Made by a program: the position numbers and the translations under genes. A DNA stretch of 39,519 nucleotides from contig JAQWTH010000027.1 of NCBI GenBank assembly GCA_029242795.1, positions 1 to 39,519 on the forward strand. Direction: 5' to 3'. The notes under the pieces were generated by a model. The model saw only the letters and a program-made list of their open reading frames with translations. It did no database searches and was not told the DNA's origin. The DNA is from Candidatus Pelagibacterales bacterium (GTDB lineage Bacteria; Pseudomonadota; Alphaproteobacteria; Pelagibacterales; AG-422-B15). Positions 19,498 through 30,414 of this stretch are shown one piece after another; within the stretch, counting starts at the first letter, position 1; each line of letters starts with the position of its first letter.

Positions 19498-20820
19498 TTA
19501 ATTATTCTTAAAAAAAGAAGTTATATTTTCTATGTTTACTTCTGAAATATCACCTGTTTTTCTATTTTTTACTTCAAGAATAGAGTCATTTTTAGATTTA
19601 TTCCCCACAATGACTTGATATGGAAGCCCTATTAAATCCATTCTTGAAAACTTAACACCTGGGTTATCGGCTTTATCATCATAAAGCACATCAAAGCCAG
19701 CACTCAGTAATTTTTCATAAACACTATCGGAAATAGAAGTAATATCACCGTCTTTTTGCTTTAGGTTAATTATACCAATGTCGTATGGAGATACTGATTT
19801 AGGCCAAATTATTCCTTTTTCATCATTAGAAGACTCAATTATCGCACCAACTAACCTAGAAATTCCAATTCCATAAGAGCCCATAAATACAGTTGCTTGC
19901 TTACCATCTTTATTTAAAACATTCGCTTTCATTGCTTCTGAATATTTAGTACCAAAGCTAAATATATGACCTACTTCAATACCTTTAGATTTAGTTTGAT
20001 TTTCATTTGAAACATTTTTATCAAAGTCATCTTGATTAAACTTATCATCAGAGACTGCGTATAATGCTTTATATGAGTTAACCAAACCCGATAAATCTTC
20101 TGAATAATTAATATTAAATAGCTCATTTTCTTGCTCAAGTAGTTTATTATCAAAATAAATATCAGACTCACCTGTTTTAGATATTATTATAAATTCATGA
20201 GATAAATCTCCACCTATTGGCCCTGTTTCTGCCGCCATCGGTATTGCTTTTAGTTCTAGTCTTTGAAAAGTTTTTAAATAACAAACAAAAAATTTATTAT
20301 AAGATATCTTACTTTGCAGCTTATCAAGATCAAATGAATAAGCATCTTTCATTAAAAATTCTCTTCCTCTCATTACCCCAAACCTTGGTCTAAGCTCATC
20401 ACGAAATTTCCATTGGATGTGATATAGCAACTGAGGAAGCTCTTTATATGACTTTATCGATCGCCTAAAGATATCTGTTACTTGCTCTTCATTTGTTGGG
20501 CCATAGAGCATCTCTCTATCTTGTCTATCATTAATTCTGAGCATTTCTTTTCCATAGTCTTCATACCTTCCACTTTCTTTCCATAAATCTGCAGGCTGAA
20601 TTGTGGGCATTAGAATCTCATTTACGCCCGCGGCATCTTGCTCTTCTCTCACAATATTTTCAATCTTTTTTAAAACTCTTAAGCCTAGTGGTAGCCATGA
20701 ATAAATTCCTGAGCTTGATTGAGAAATCATACCAGCACGCATCATTAGTTGATGTGAAACAATTTCAGCGTCACTTGGAGATTCTTTTAAAACTGGAAGG
20801 AAGTAATTAGTTAATCTCAT
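19498..20820 (-). CDS. proS: Proline--tRNA ligase (short alphaproteobacterial type, no full editing domain)
   Basis: [60 protein letters not shown]; 440 aa. Confidence 0.98.
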   Translation of the reverse strand: MRLTNYFLPVLKESPSDAEIVSHQLMMRAGMISQSSSGIYSWLPLGLRVLKKIENIVREEQDAAGVNEILMPTIQPADLWKESGRYEDYGKEMLRINDRQDREMLYGPTNEEQVTDIFRRSIKSYKELPQLLYHIQWKFRDELRPRFGVMRGREFLMKDAYSFDLDKLQSKISYNKFFVCYLKTFQRLELKAIPMAAETGPIGGDLSHEFIIISKTGESDIYFDNKLLEQENELFNINYSEDLSGLVNSYKALYAVSDDKFNQDDFDKNVSNENQTKSKGIEVGHIFSFGTKYSEAMKANVLNKDGKQATVFMGSYGIGISRLVGAIIESSNDEKGIIWPKSVSPYDIGIINLKQKDGDITSISDSVYEKLLSAGFDVLYDDKADNPGVKFSRMDLIGLPYQVIVGNKSKNDSILEVKNRKTGDISEVNIENITSFFKNN

Positions 20821-21079
20821 TTATATAAAAAGTATTCATAATAAACATTAAAAATCCATCATTGTTTAGAAGCAAGAAAACAACGAACCATAAGATAACA
20901 GAAATAATTGTAGTTATGATGAATTTTTTTAATAAATGTGGATTATTAGGAGCGCCACGATCGTTTCCTTCGTATTCGGTGGCATTAGAAGCATTAGTAT
21001 CAATGCTTATTGGCAATAAAATAAATAATATTAGCCACCAAATTATTAGAAAAAGAATAATTGAGCCTGTAAGTCCCAA
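20807..21079 (-). CDS. Small two-TM membrane protein, DUF1467-like
   Basis: [11 protein letters not shown]...GNDRGAP....L.KK...TT; syntenic position between mce and proS. Confidence 0.75.
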   Translation of the reverse strand: MGLTGSIILFLIIWWLILFILLPISIDTNASNATEYEGNDRGAPNNPHLLKKFIITTIISVILWFVVFLLLNNDGFLMFIMNTFYINEIN

Positions 21080-21080
21080 T

Positions 21081-21485
21081 TTAAGCTTCTTCTAATTCAA
21101 TCATTGTCCCATTACAGCTTTTTGGATGCAGAAAGACTACTGGTTTTCCGTGTGCACCAATTTTAGGCTCTCCAGTTCCAGTGATGGCTATTTCATGATC
21201 ATTTAATCTTTTGACAGCATCGTTTATATCTTCAACTTCAATACATATATGATGCATTCCACCCTTTGGATTTTTATTAATAAAATTTTCTATAGGTGAA
21301 CCTTCGCCTAATTTTTCAAGCAATTCTATTTTAGTATTACCAAGATCTATAAAGACAGTAGTTACACCATGATCAGGTTGTTCAACTGGATCTGAGACTT
21401 TAGCTCCAAAAATATTCTTATATTGTTCAGCGGCTTCTTGAATATTTGGTACTGCAATAGCAATGTGATTTAATTTTCCCAGCAT
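21081..21485 (-). CDS. mce: Methylmalonyl-CoA (ethylmalonyl-CoA) epimerase, VOC family
   Basis: LNHIAIAVP, KIELLE, GGMHHICIEV, GAHGKPVVFLHPK, IELEE. Confidence 0.95.
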   Translation of the reverse strand: MLGKLNHIAIAVPNIQEAAEQYKNIFGAKVSDPVEQPDHGVTTVFIDLGNTKIELLEKLGEGSPIENFINKNPKGGMHHICIEVEDINDAVKRLNDHEIAITGTGEPKIGAHGKPVVFLHPKSCNGTMIELEEA

Positions 21486-21486
21486 G

Positions 21487-23157
21487 TTAAATATGTACTA
21501 TTTCTATATTGGTTAAAGGTTTTTTCTTTAATGATCTAAATATAGTATTTTTTGCTAAGCTTTCTAGTTTTTTGTGCATTTTTTTATCATTTGAGTTTAT
21601 ATTTTTTGGAGTATTAAAAAAATCATAGATTTCTTCTTCTAAATTTATAATAAAATCTTCTTCATCATCATTATCACTGATTACACCGTAAGTAGATATA
21701 ATTGGTGCTTTATGTAATTGTGATTTTTTATTTAAAATACAAGTTATATTCAATGAACCATTAAAATTCATTATTCGTCTTTCATTTAAATGATAACTAT
21801 CACTATCAACTAATCTATTACCATCCAAATAAAGTCTACCTGTTGTACATTGATCCATTACATAAGGTCTACCTGGAGCTAATTGCAAAATATCACCATT
21901 TGATACTAGTGTTGGATTTTCAACTTGTAGCTCCTTCGCTAATTCATAATGCGACTTTAAATGCCTGTATTCACCGTGTACTGGAACTGATATCTTAGGT
22001 TTTACATGATTATACATATCAATAACTTCATCACGACATGGATGACCAGATACATGTATATCTGCGTCGTATTCAGTAATTACATCAGCCCCAAGTTCTG
22101 ATAAGGTGTTAAACATTGCATACAGTTTTTTTTCATTTCCAGGAATGATTTTTGATGAAAATATCACAGTATCACCCTGATTAATTTCAACATTAGGAAA
22201 ATCTCTATTGGCAATTCTCATCATTGCTCCACGAGGTTCACCTTGACTACCCGTACATAAGTATAAAAGTTCACTGCCTTTTTTCTTTTTTGCTTCTTTT
22301 TCATTTAGGATGATATTTACATTTTCTAATATTCCATTTTCTCTCGCGACAGATATCATTCTGTGCATTGATCTACCTAAAACAACAAGAGATCTATTGC
22401 TCTCTTTCGCGGCAACTGCAACAGATTCTAATCTTGCTACATTTGATGCAAATGAAGTCACGAATATTTTAGATTTAATATTTTTGACAACATTAACTAA
22501 ATTTTTTCTTACAGTAGACTCAGAACCTGATCTACCAGCAGTTAGTACATTTGTTGAGTCACAAACCATCGCCAATATCTCAGTATTATCATTAAGTAGC
22601 TTGTTAAAATTAATTGGATTTCCTAACATTGGATCTTGATCAATTTTCCAATCACCTGTGTGATAAATGGTTCCTAATGAAGTTTTAATGAAAAGCGAAT
22701 TAGGCTCTGGTATAGAATGTGTAAGTGTTGATAATTGTATTTCAAATGGTCCTATTTTAAAATTAGATTCTAAATCAACAATATTTAGATATTCATCAAT
22801 ATTTATTCCCCTTTCATTAAATTTAAGTTTGATAATTGATGCTGTAAAGCTTGAAGCATATATTTTACACTCTAAGTCAGGCCATAAATATGCAAGTCCT
22901 CCTACATGATCTTCATGCGCATGTGTAATAAAAATTCCATCTAAATCTTCTTTTCTTTCTTTTATAAAGCCATGATCTGGCATAATCACATCAACACCAC
23001 CTAAAGTATCATCGCCAAATGTAATACCTACATCAACCAATAACCATTTCATATCATCAATATGAGAACCATATCCATAGCAATTCATATTCATTCCAAT
23101 TTCACCAGTTCCACCTAATGGAAGAAAAACAAGTTTATTTTTACTTTTTGTATTCAT
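21487..23157 (-). CDS. rnj: Ribonuclease J
   Basis: PLGGTGEIGMN, THAHEDHVG, HSIPE, HTGDWK, TGSQGEP, HVSGH, PVHGE. Confidence 0.97.
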   Translation of the reverse strand: MNTKSKNKLVFLPLGGTGEIGMNMNCYGYGSHIDDMKWLLVDVGITFGDDTLGGVDVIMPDHGFIKERKEDLDGIFITHAHEDHVGGLAYLWPDLECKIYASSFTASIIKLKFNERGINIDEYLNIVDLESNFKIGPFEIQLSTLTHSIPEPNSLFIKTSLGTIYHTGDWKIDQDPMLGNPINFNKLLNDNTEILAMVCDSTNVLTAGRSGSESTVRKNLVNVVKNIKSKIFVTSFASNVARLESVAVAAKESNRSLVVLGRSMHRMISVARENGILENVNIILNEKEAKKKKGSELLYLCTGSQGEPRGAMMRIANRDFPNVEINQGDTVIFSSKIIPGNEKKLYAMFNTLSELGADVITEYDADIHVSGHPCRDEVIDMYNHVKPKISVPVHGEYRHLKSHYELAKELQVENPTLVSNGDILQLAPGRPYVMDQCTTGRLYLDGNRLVDSDSYHLNERRIMNFNGSLNITCILNKKSQLHKAPIISTYGVISDNDDEEDFIINLEEEIYDFFNTPKNINSNDKKMHKKLESLAKNTIFRSLKKKPLTNIEIVHI

Positions 23158-23911
23158 TATAAATAATATTTAATCCCTTCAATGTTAAGTCGGGTTCGTA
23201 ATACTGTATCTGAGATAAATCATCTCTGAATATTCCTGACAGCCCTCCCGTTGCAATTATATTTGCATCTTCAAAACCATTTTGCTTTTTTAATCTATCT
23301 ATTAATCCTCCAACTAAACTTACATAACCCCAGTAAATTCCAGACTCTATTGCCGAAGCGGTATCTTTTCCAATCAGTTTTTCAACTTTCTTAATCTCTA
23401 TTAATGGAAGTTTCGCTGTATTATGAGCAAGAGACTGAATTGAAAGATTTACTCCTGGGCATATTATTCCACCAATGTATGAACCTCTTAAATTCACAAG
23501 ATCAAAAGTGGTGGCGGTTCCAAAATCAATTATTATTAAAGGACTATTATATAGATTTAATCCTGCATATGAATTAATCAAGCGATCAACACCAACTTCA
23601 TATGGCTTATCTACATCAACTTTAATTAAATTAGCCAAATACTCATTGTCAATTTCAACTATATTTAAATCTTGATGATTTTTGATAAAATTTATGAGTG
23701 ATAAAATCGTATCTGGGACTACACCAGAAATAAAACAATCAACGCAATCATTTTTGATAAAATTATTTATTTTTTTGTAAGTTTCACTATCAATACTGGA
23801 AACATCTTTATTGAAGACTTTTGTCTCAATTCGAAGCTGTTCAACTAAATCCAAATTATTAAATTTACCGAATAATATATTTGTATTTCCAATATCTACT
23901 AATATATGCAT
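23141..23911 (-). CDS. coaX: Type III pantothenate kinase (start re-called to ATG 23911)
   Basis: VDIGNTN, GVDR, IDFGTATTFD, GGIICPG, IATGG, LTLKGL. Confidence 0.96.
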   Translation of the reverse strand: MHILVDIGNTNILFGKFNNLDLVEQLRIETKVFNKDVSSIDSETYKKINNFIKNDCVDCFISGVVPDTILSLINFIKNHQDLNIVEIDNEYLANLIKVDVDKPYEVGVDRLINSYAGLNLYNSPLIIIDFGTATTFDLVNLRGSYIGGIICPGVNLSIQSLAHNTAKLPLIEIKKVEKLIGKDTASAIESGIYWGYVSLVGGLIDRLKKQNGFEDANIIATGGLSGIFRDDLSQIQYYEPDLTLKGLNIIYNEYKK

Positions 23912-23915
23912 ATTT

Positions 23916-24662
23916 TTATTTTCTAATTGAGATCTCTCCTGAATTAAATTTTTTGATCTCATTTTTTATTTTAAGTTTAATCTCGTAGCTATCGCTTAAT
24001 CCTGCTAAGATTCCTGTCTCAGCACGTCCCAAATGATTGAATTCGACATCTTTATTCAATTTCCATAACTTTGACAAGGTATATTCCCTAAAATGATCAA
24101 TTGATCTCTCATTGAAATAATTGAGATTTGTATGAATTTTTTCTTTTAATACATCAAAAAAATTCTCTAATAGATTGTCTGTTTTTGAAGTCAAATTATT
24201 AAGAGATACCGTCTGATGATCAAGATTCTCTGGAGATGATATTATGTTTACTCCAATGCCAATAATTGAAAAATTATTATCACTATTTAATTGGTTTTCA
24301 ATCAATACTCCTGATAATTTTGAGTTCTCAAATAATATATCATTTGGCCATTTTATTTTTAAGGAAGTTTCATTATCTAAAAACAAGCTGACTGACTGAT
24401 GAATGGATACAGCAATCACGCATGATAACATTGGAATAATATTCAGTTTCCAAGATATAGGGGTCAATAAAGTAGTAAATAGATTTCCTTCATCAGAAAC
24501 CCAGTTATTTTTATTTCTTCCTCTGCCTTTTGTCTGTTTTTTGGCTCTAAACCAAATTGGATCACTAATCTCACCTATAATATTTAAATGCTCTCGTGCG
24601 GCTGAATTTGTACTATCTATTTCATTGAACAACTTAACTTCAGCATTATTTATATTAATCAT
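23916..24662 (-). CDS. birA: Biotin--[acetyl-CoA carboxylase] ligase without an N-terminal HTH
   Basis: IDSTN, QTKGRGR...W.S..GNL, IKWPNDI, KLSGVLIE, GIGVN. Confidence 0.96.
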   Translation of the reverse strand: MININNAEVKLFNEIDSTNSAAREHLNIIGEISDPIWFRAKKQTKGRGRNKNNWVSDEGNLFTTLLTPISWKLNIIPMLSCVIAVSIHQSVSLFLDNETSLKIKWPNDILFENSKLSGVLIENQLNSDNNFSIIGIGVNIISSPENLDHQTVSLNNLTSKTDNLLENFFDVLKEKIHTNLNYFNERSIDHFREYTLSKLWKLNKDVEFNHLGRAETGILAGLSDSYEIKLKIKNEIKKFNSGEISIRK

Positions 24663-24667
24663 CTGAA

Positions 24668-26077
24668 TTAAAAAAATGTCTTAGCTGCATAATTTCCAAT
24701 ATTAAGTATCGGACTTGGATAGACAAAAAAGAGAATTACTATTCCAGATGATATGAAAAAAATTAAATTAAGAGAGCTTGAATTAAATTCATCAAATTTT
24801 TCAGAAGGTTCATCAAAATATATAATTTTTACAATCCTTAAATAATAAAATGCAGAAACAACACTCGCTACAATCCCAACAACAGCTAATAAATAAAGAT
24901 CATTCTTAATCGCCGACATAAAAATATAAAATTTACCAAAGAACCCTGCTAGTGGTGGAATCCCTGCTAATGAGAACATGCTGAGAGCAATTAAAATTGC
25001 ATAAAATGGGTTATGTCTATAAAGACCAGAGAGATCGTCAATATTTTCACAGTATTCATCTTTTCTTTTCATCATAAGAATAAATGAGAAAACGGAAACA
25101 TTCATTACCAAGTATATAATTAAATAAATTATAAGAGACTGGACTCCTTCAAAATTGAAACAAGCCATTCCTATTAGAATATAACCAATGTGGCCAATAG
25201 AGCTGTAGGCCATTAATCGCTTTATATTTGATTGGGCGATAGCTGCAAAAGCTGCAAAGATCATTGACGCAATTGATAAGAAAATTATAATTTGTTGCCA
25301 ATCGGCAGCTGTTTCACCAAATGAAGAATATAAAAATCTAAGAAATAATGCTACTGCCGCAACTTTTGGCGCTAAAGCAAAAAAACCTGTAACAGGTGTT
25401 GGTGCACCTTGATAAACATCTGGTGTCCACATATGAAATGGAACCGCAGAAACTTTAAAGGCTAAACCTGAGCATACAAAAACAATGCCTATTAAAAGTC
25501 CCAGACTATCTTTATCGTACGTAGCTGAAATTAAGCTAAAGTTTGTATTGCCTGTAAACCCGTAGATGTATGAGACTCCAAAAAGAAGCAAACCAGATGA
25601 AAGGGCTCCAAGTATAAAGTATTTTATACCAGACTCTGAAGATTGCAGACTATTCCTGTTTAACGAAGCTAAAACATACAAGCTTAGACTCTGTAATTCT
25701 AATCCTATAAACATTGCCAATAAATCATTGGATGAAACCATTACCATCATCCCAAGTGAAGCAAAACTGATTAAAATTGGAAATTCATATATATCAATAT
25801 TTAATTTTCTTCTTGATGATGAAAACATTAACAATGTAGAAGCTGAGCCTATAAGTATTAACACCTTTATTGTTTTTGAAAATTCATCATTCACAAAACT
25901 ATTATTAAAACCAAATGATGACGGCTGATAAATAACAAGCACGGCTGTAAAAATAATAAGCAAGAAAGTGAGTAGATTTATAATATTTATCCTTCTATAA
26001 AATAGCCCTACCATCAATAAAAGGGTTGATGACAAAAACAGAAATATTTCTGGTAATATAATAGTGAAAATACCCAT
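24668..26077 (-). CDS. nuoN: NADH-quinone oxidoreductase subunit N
   Basis: ESGIKYFILG, FKVSAVPFHMWTPDVYQGAP, KRLMAYSSIGH, SLAGIPP, YYLRIV; TGATG coupling to nuoM. Confidence 0.97.
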   Translation of the reverse strand: MGIFTIILPEIFLFLSSTLLLMVGLFYRRINIINLLTFLLIIFTAVLVIYQPSSFGFNNSFVNDEFSKTIKVLILIGSASTLLMFSSSRRKLNIDIYEFPILISFASLGMMVMVSSNDLLAMFIGLELQSLSLYVLASLNRNSLQSSESGIKYFILGALSSGLLLFGVSYIYGFTGNTNFSLISATYDKDSLGLLIGIVFVCSGLAFKVSAVPFHMWTPDVYQGAPTPVTGFFALAPKVAAVALFLRFLYSSFGETAADWQQIIIFLSIASMIFAAFAAIAQSNIKRLMAYSSIGHIGYILIGMACFNFEGVQSLIIYLIIYLVMNVSVFSFILMMKRKDEYCENIDDLSGLYRHNPFYAILIALSMFSLAGIPPLAGFFGKFYIFMSAIKNDLYLLAVVGIVASVVSAFYYLRIVKIIYFDEPSEKFDEFNSSSLNLIFFISSGIVILFFVYPSPILNIGNYAAKTFF

Positions 26078-27555
26078 CAATTCATCTTTCCATTTATTAT
26101 TTCTAAAGTTAGCTGGCTTGAAGGCTCAATTAACTCTAAGACTGGTATGGGATAAATACCGATTAAGATTGTCAGTAATATCAATGGAACAAAAATTATA
26201 ATTTCTCGAGACGATAAATCTAAAATATCCTTTAAATCATCCTTTATTAATTGGCCAAAAATAATTTTTCGATATAGCCATAAAGAATAAGTAGCAGCTA
26301 AGACAACGCCCGTTGTTGCAAAAACAGCAAAATAAGTATTTACAGAAAAAATAGAAAGTAAAACTAAGAATTCACCAACAAAACCACTTGTTCCTGGTAG
26401 CCCAAGACTAGCAAGAATAAAAATCATGAATGAAAAAGAGTACAGTGGCATTCTGTTAACAAGCCCACCATATCTTTCAATTTCTCTTGTATGTATCCTA
26501 TCATAAACCACACCAACACATAAAAATAATGCTGCAGAAACAATTCCATGGCTGATCATTTGTATAATAGCACCTTCAATCCCTTGAATTGTGAAAGTAA
26601 ATATACCCAATGTGACAAAACCCATATGAGCAACAGATGAATATGCTATCAATTTTTTCATATCTTCCTGAACCAGTGCAATTAATGATGTGAATATAAT
26701 GGCTATTATGCTTAATGCATAAATCATAGGTGCAAAATAGTGAGATGCATCAGGAAACATTGTAATTGAGAAGCGAATAAATCCATACCCCGCTAATTTT
26801 AATAAGACACCTGCCAGTATTACTGACCCTGCAGTCGGTGCTTCAACGTGTGCATCGGGCAACCACGTATGAAATGGCCACATAGGAATCTTAACAACAA
26901 AGGATGCAAAAAAAGCAAGCCATAAAATAATTTGAGCATCATAGCTAAATTCATGCTGCAATAGAACTGGTATGCTTGACGTTCCAACTTCCCAATACAT
27001 AAATATGACCGCTAAAAGCATAAAAACAGAACCTGCTAGGGTATAAAGAAAAAACTTAAATGTTGAATAAATCCTTCTTTCACCTCCCCAAATACCAATA
27101 ATTAAAAACATTGGTATTAAGCCGCCTTCAAAGAAAAGATAAAATAATATCAAATCCATTGATATAAAGACCCCAATCATGAAAGTTTCTAAAGCTAAAA
27201 AAGCAATAAGATATTCTTTCATAGAAAATTTAATATTGTTATAACTAGCTAATATGCAAATTGGGACTAGAAATGTTGTTAAGACAACAAATAATATTGA
27301 GATACCATCAACTCCTACTTGATAACTAATGGTATCGCCAAGCCAATAATATTTTTCTACAAATTGAAAATTAGGATCAAGTTGATTAAAATTAAATAAG
27401 ACAACTAATGAGATGATAAAATTTAGAAAAGATACCCAAAGAGCAGTTTGCTTTAAATTAGCATCACTCTCTGAGTTACTTGATATAAATGTTAAGAGCA
27501 AGATTCCTATAACAGGTAAGATTAATAGGATAGATAAGATGGGTAATTCATTCAT
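26077..27555 (-). CDS. nuoM: NADH-quinone oxidoreductase subunit M
   Basis: GVDGIS, FFEGGLIPMF, PFHTWLPDAHVEAPT, KKLIAYSSVAHMG, LPGTSGFVGEF. Confidence 0.97.
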   Translation of the reverse strand: MNELPILSILLILPVIGILLLTFISSNSESDANLKQTALWVSFLNFIISLVVLFNFNQLDPNFQFVEKYYWLGDTISYQVGVDGISILFVVLTTFLVPICILASYNNIKFSMKEYLIAFLALETFMIGVFISMDLILFYLFFEGGLIPMFLIIGIWGGERRIYSTFKFFLYTLAGSVFMLLAVIFMYWEVGTSSIPVLLQHEFSYDAQIILWLAFFASFVVKIPMWPFHTWLPDAHVEAPTAGSVILAGVLLKLAGYGFIRFSITMFPDASHYFAPMIYALSIIAIIFTSLIALVQEDMKKLIAYSSVAHMGFVTLGIFTFTIQGIEGAIIQMISHGIVSAALFLCVGVVYDRIHTREIERYGGLVNRMPLYSFSFMIFILASLGLPGTSGFVGEFLVLLSIFSVNTYFAVFATTGVVLAATYSLWLYRKIIFGQLIKDDLKDILDLSSREIIIFVPLILLTILIGIYPIPVLELIEPSSQLTLEIINGKMN

Positions 27556-29478
27556 TTAGATAACAAAAATAAAATAAGTAATAAGAAAAGACAGGCCAAT
27601 TAAAATTGAAAATGCATAATGATAAATGAAGCCTGTTTGAATACTTCTTGCTTTTTCAGATATCTTTAAAACCATACTAGCGATACCATTTGGCCCGAAA
27701 CCATCGATAAAGTAGCCATCTATTATTTTCCAGAAAAATTTACCAATACCCCTTGCAGGGATAACAAAAACATACTGATAAAGTTCATCAAAATACCATT
27801 TATTAAGTAAGAATTTATATAAAGGCTCATTTAAAGAGGCCACAGCAGCTGGTAATTTTGTATTTTTTAAATACATGTACCAAGCAATAATAAAACCAAG
27901 AATACCCAGCATTGCAGGGAGATAGTATATTAAAAAAGGTATGTGGTGATGCTCATGATGATGAATAGCAATTGAATGATCCCAAAATTCAACACTTGCT
28001 CCTCCAATGAAATATGACTTAAAAATATATCCAAATGATAAAGCGCCAATTGCAAGAATAAATAAAGGTATTAACATTACATATGGTGACTCATGGACTT
28101 CTCTAAATTTCTGCTCTTCCATTCTAGTGTTCCCATTAAATGTAAGAAACATCAATCTCCAAGAATAAAATGACGTCATGACGACGCCCAGTGTTCCTAA
28201 AAAATATGCATAATTGGAAAACATAGCATCAGATAAGTATGCAGCCTCTATTATGGCGTCCTTTGAATAAAAGCCAGATGTAAATGGAAATCCCATTAAG
28301 GAGATAGTGCCAACTACCATCATGGCATGTGTTAATGGAGTAAAAATATATATTCCACCCATTTTTCTTATATCTTGCTCTTCATGAACTGAGTGTATTA
28401 CCGAACCGGCACCTAGAAAGAGCAATGCTTTAAAAAATGCATGGGTAAATAAATGGAACATCGCAGCACCGTAAGCGCCTAAGCCTGCTGCAAAAAACAT
28501 ATAGCCCAATTGACTGCAGGTCGAGTATGCAATTACACGCTTGATATCATTTTGAACTAGGCCAATTGTAGCAGCAAAGAAAGCTGTGGACGCACCTACT
28601 AAAGTTACAAATGAAGAGGCTTCCACTGATAGATCAAAAAGAGGAGAACATCTCACTACTAAGAAAACGCCGGCTGTGACCATCGTAGCCGCATGGATTA
28701 AAGCTGATACAGGTGTTGGTCCCTCCATTGCATCCGGTAACCATGTATGAAGGAATAACTGAGCTGATTTTCCCATGGCACCAATAAATAAAAGAAAGCA
28801 AATTAATGTAATTGCATTAATATCATATCCAATAAAGTTGAAATTTGTTTCATTAAATTTTTCTGCATTTTCAAAAACAACTTGATAATCAATAGAACCG
28901 AAAACCATATAAATTGTAAAGATACCAAGCGCTAAACCAAAATCTCCTACACGATTAACAATAAATGCTTTAATTGCAGCAGCATTGGCAGAAGGTTTTT
29001 TATACCAGAAGCCAATAAGAAGATAAGAAGCAAGACCGACGCCCTCCCATCCAAAAAATAATTGTAAGAAATTATCTGCTGTAACCAGCATAATCATTGC
29101 AAATGTAAACAATGATAAATATCCCATAAATCTTGGTTTACTATCGTCATGAGACATATAGCCAATTGAATAAATATGAACAAGAGCTGAAACAGAAGTT
29201 ATAACAACGAGCATTACTCTTGTTACGGCATCAATATACAAAGACCAGTTTACAGAAAGGTCACCAGATGTGATCCAAGTAAATAAAGTAAACTTGTATA
29301 CTTGGGGGTCTGATAGATTAATAACAAATAAATAAAATGATAAAATCGCTGAAATTGAAATAAATAAAGACGTAACAATTTGAGTGATACGATCTATTGT
29401 TTGGTCGCTCTTAAAGAAAGAAAATAAACAAGAAATAACAAAACCAAAAAGAGGTAAAAGAACAATCGAGTGAATCAT
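27556..29478 (-). CDS. nuoL: NADH-quinone oxidoreductase subunit L
   Basis: GWEGVGL.SYLLIGFW, NRVGD, GKSAQ..LHTWLPDAMEGPTPVSALIHAATMV, HAFFKALLFL. Confidence 0.98.
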   Translation of the reverse strand: MIHSIVLLPLFGFVISCLFSFFKSDQTIDRITQIVTSLFISISAILSFYLFVINLSDPQVYKFTLFTWITSGDLSVNWSLYIDAVTRVMLVVITSVSALVHIYSIGYMSHDDSKPRFMGYLSLFTFAMIMLVTADNFLQLFFGWEGVGLASYLLIGFWYKKPSANAAAIKAFIVNRVGDFGLALGIFTIYMVFGSIDYQVVFENAEKFNETNFNFIGYDINAITLICFLLFIGAMGKSAQLFLHTWLPDAMEGPTPVSALIHAATMVTAGVFLVVRCSPLFDLSVEASSFVTLVGASTAFFAATIGLVQNDIKRVIAYSTCSQLGYMFFAAGLGAYGAAMFHLFTHAFFKALLFLGAGSVIHSVHEEQDIRKMGGIYIFTPLTHAMMVVGTISLMGFPFTSGFYSKDAIIEAAYLSDAMFSNYAYFLGTLGVVMTSFYSWRLMFLTFNGNTRMEEQKFREVHESPYVMLIPLFILAIGALSFGYIFKSYFIGGASVEFWDHSIAIHHHEHHHIPFLIYYLPAMLGILGFIIAWYMYLKNTKLPAAVASLNEPLYKFLLNKWYFDELYQYVFVIPARGIGKFFWKIIDGYFIDGFGPNGIASMVLKISEKARSIQTGFIYHYAFSILIGLSFLITYFIFVI

Positions 29479-29485
29479 TATAACA

Positions 29486-29791
29486 TCATCCTTTCAAGCT
29501 ATTGATTTTCTCAATTTCAATAGTCCCAGCATTTCTATTATATATCACCAATATTGCTAAACCTATTGCGGCTTCAGCAGCAGCAACAGTTAAAACAAAT
29601 AAAGAAATTATCTGTCCTGTAAGATCGCCTAAGAAATAAGAAAAAGAAACTAGATTGATATTGACTGATAGAAGAATGATCTCGATTGACATTAATATAA
29701 TTATTACGTTTTTTCTGTTGAGAAAAATACCAATAACCCCGATGCTAAAAAGAAGTGCTGACAATATTAAAAACTGATTTAATTCAATCAT
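29486..29791 (-). CDS. nuoK: NADH-quinone oxidoreductase subunit K
   Basis: NRKN...[16 protein letters not shown]. Confidence 0.97.
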   Translation of the reverse strand: MIELNQFLILSALLFSIGVIGIFLNRKNVIIILMSIEIILLSVNINLVSFSYFLGDLTGQIISLFVLTVAAAEAAIGLAILVIYNRNAGTIEIEKINSLKG

Positions 29792-30411
29792 TATATATCA
29801 ACTCCTTCATTTGATTTAGGATCGACCATCGTTATGGTTGATTTATATTTACGATCTAATTGAGATTGAATTGATTGTCTTTTTACGCCCTCACGAGTCC
29901 TTAGAGTCAAAACAATTGAGCCAATCATGGCAACAAGTAAAATAACACCCGAAAGTTGAAAATATAAAATATAATCTGTGTATAGGATGGACCCAATAGC
30001 CTCTGTATTTGTTAAATTTTCAAATTTTATCATTGGATTAACTAAGATTTGAATATTTGAGAGATCAAATTTGGTATTAATGAGAACTATAATTAGTTCA
30101 GATATAAAAACCACACCTACAAAAAATCCAATTGGTAAATATTGAAGAATATTATTCTTATCGAGGCTTATTTTAAAATCTAACATCATAACAACAAATA
30201 AAAATAAAACTGCGACAGCTCCTACGTAAACGATAATTAAAATCATTGCCAGAAACTCAGCGTGTAAAATTATAAAAAGCCCTGCACCATTAAAGAATGT
30301 TAAAATTAAAAATAATACTGAATGAACTGGATTTTTTGAGGTAATCACCATCAAAGAAGAAAGGAGAATAACAGTTGAAAATATATAAAATGATAACAAG
30401 GATGCTGTCAT
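29791..30411 (-). CDS. nuoJ: NADH-quinone oxidoreductase subunit J
   Basis: [36 protein letters not shown]. Confidence 0.97.
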   Translation of the reverse strand: MTASLLSFYIFSTVILLSSLMVITSKNPVHSVLFLILTFFNGAGLFIILHAEFLAMILIIVYVGAVAVLFLFVVMMLDFKISLDKNNILQYLPIGFFVGVVFISELIIVLINTKFDLSNIQILVNPMIKFENLTNTEAIGSILYTDYILYFQLSGVILLVAMIGSIVLTLRTREGVKRQSIQSQLDRKYKSTITMVDPKSNEGVDI

Positions 30412-30414
30412 TTT

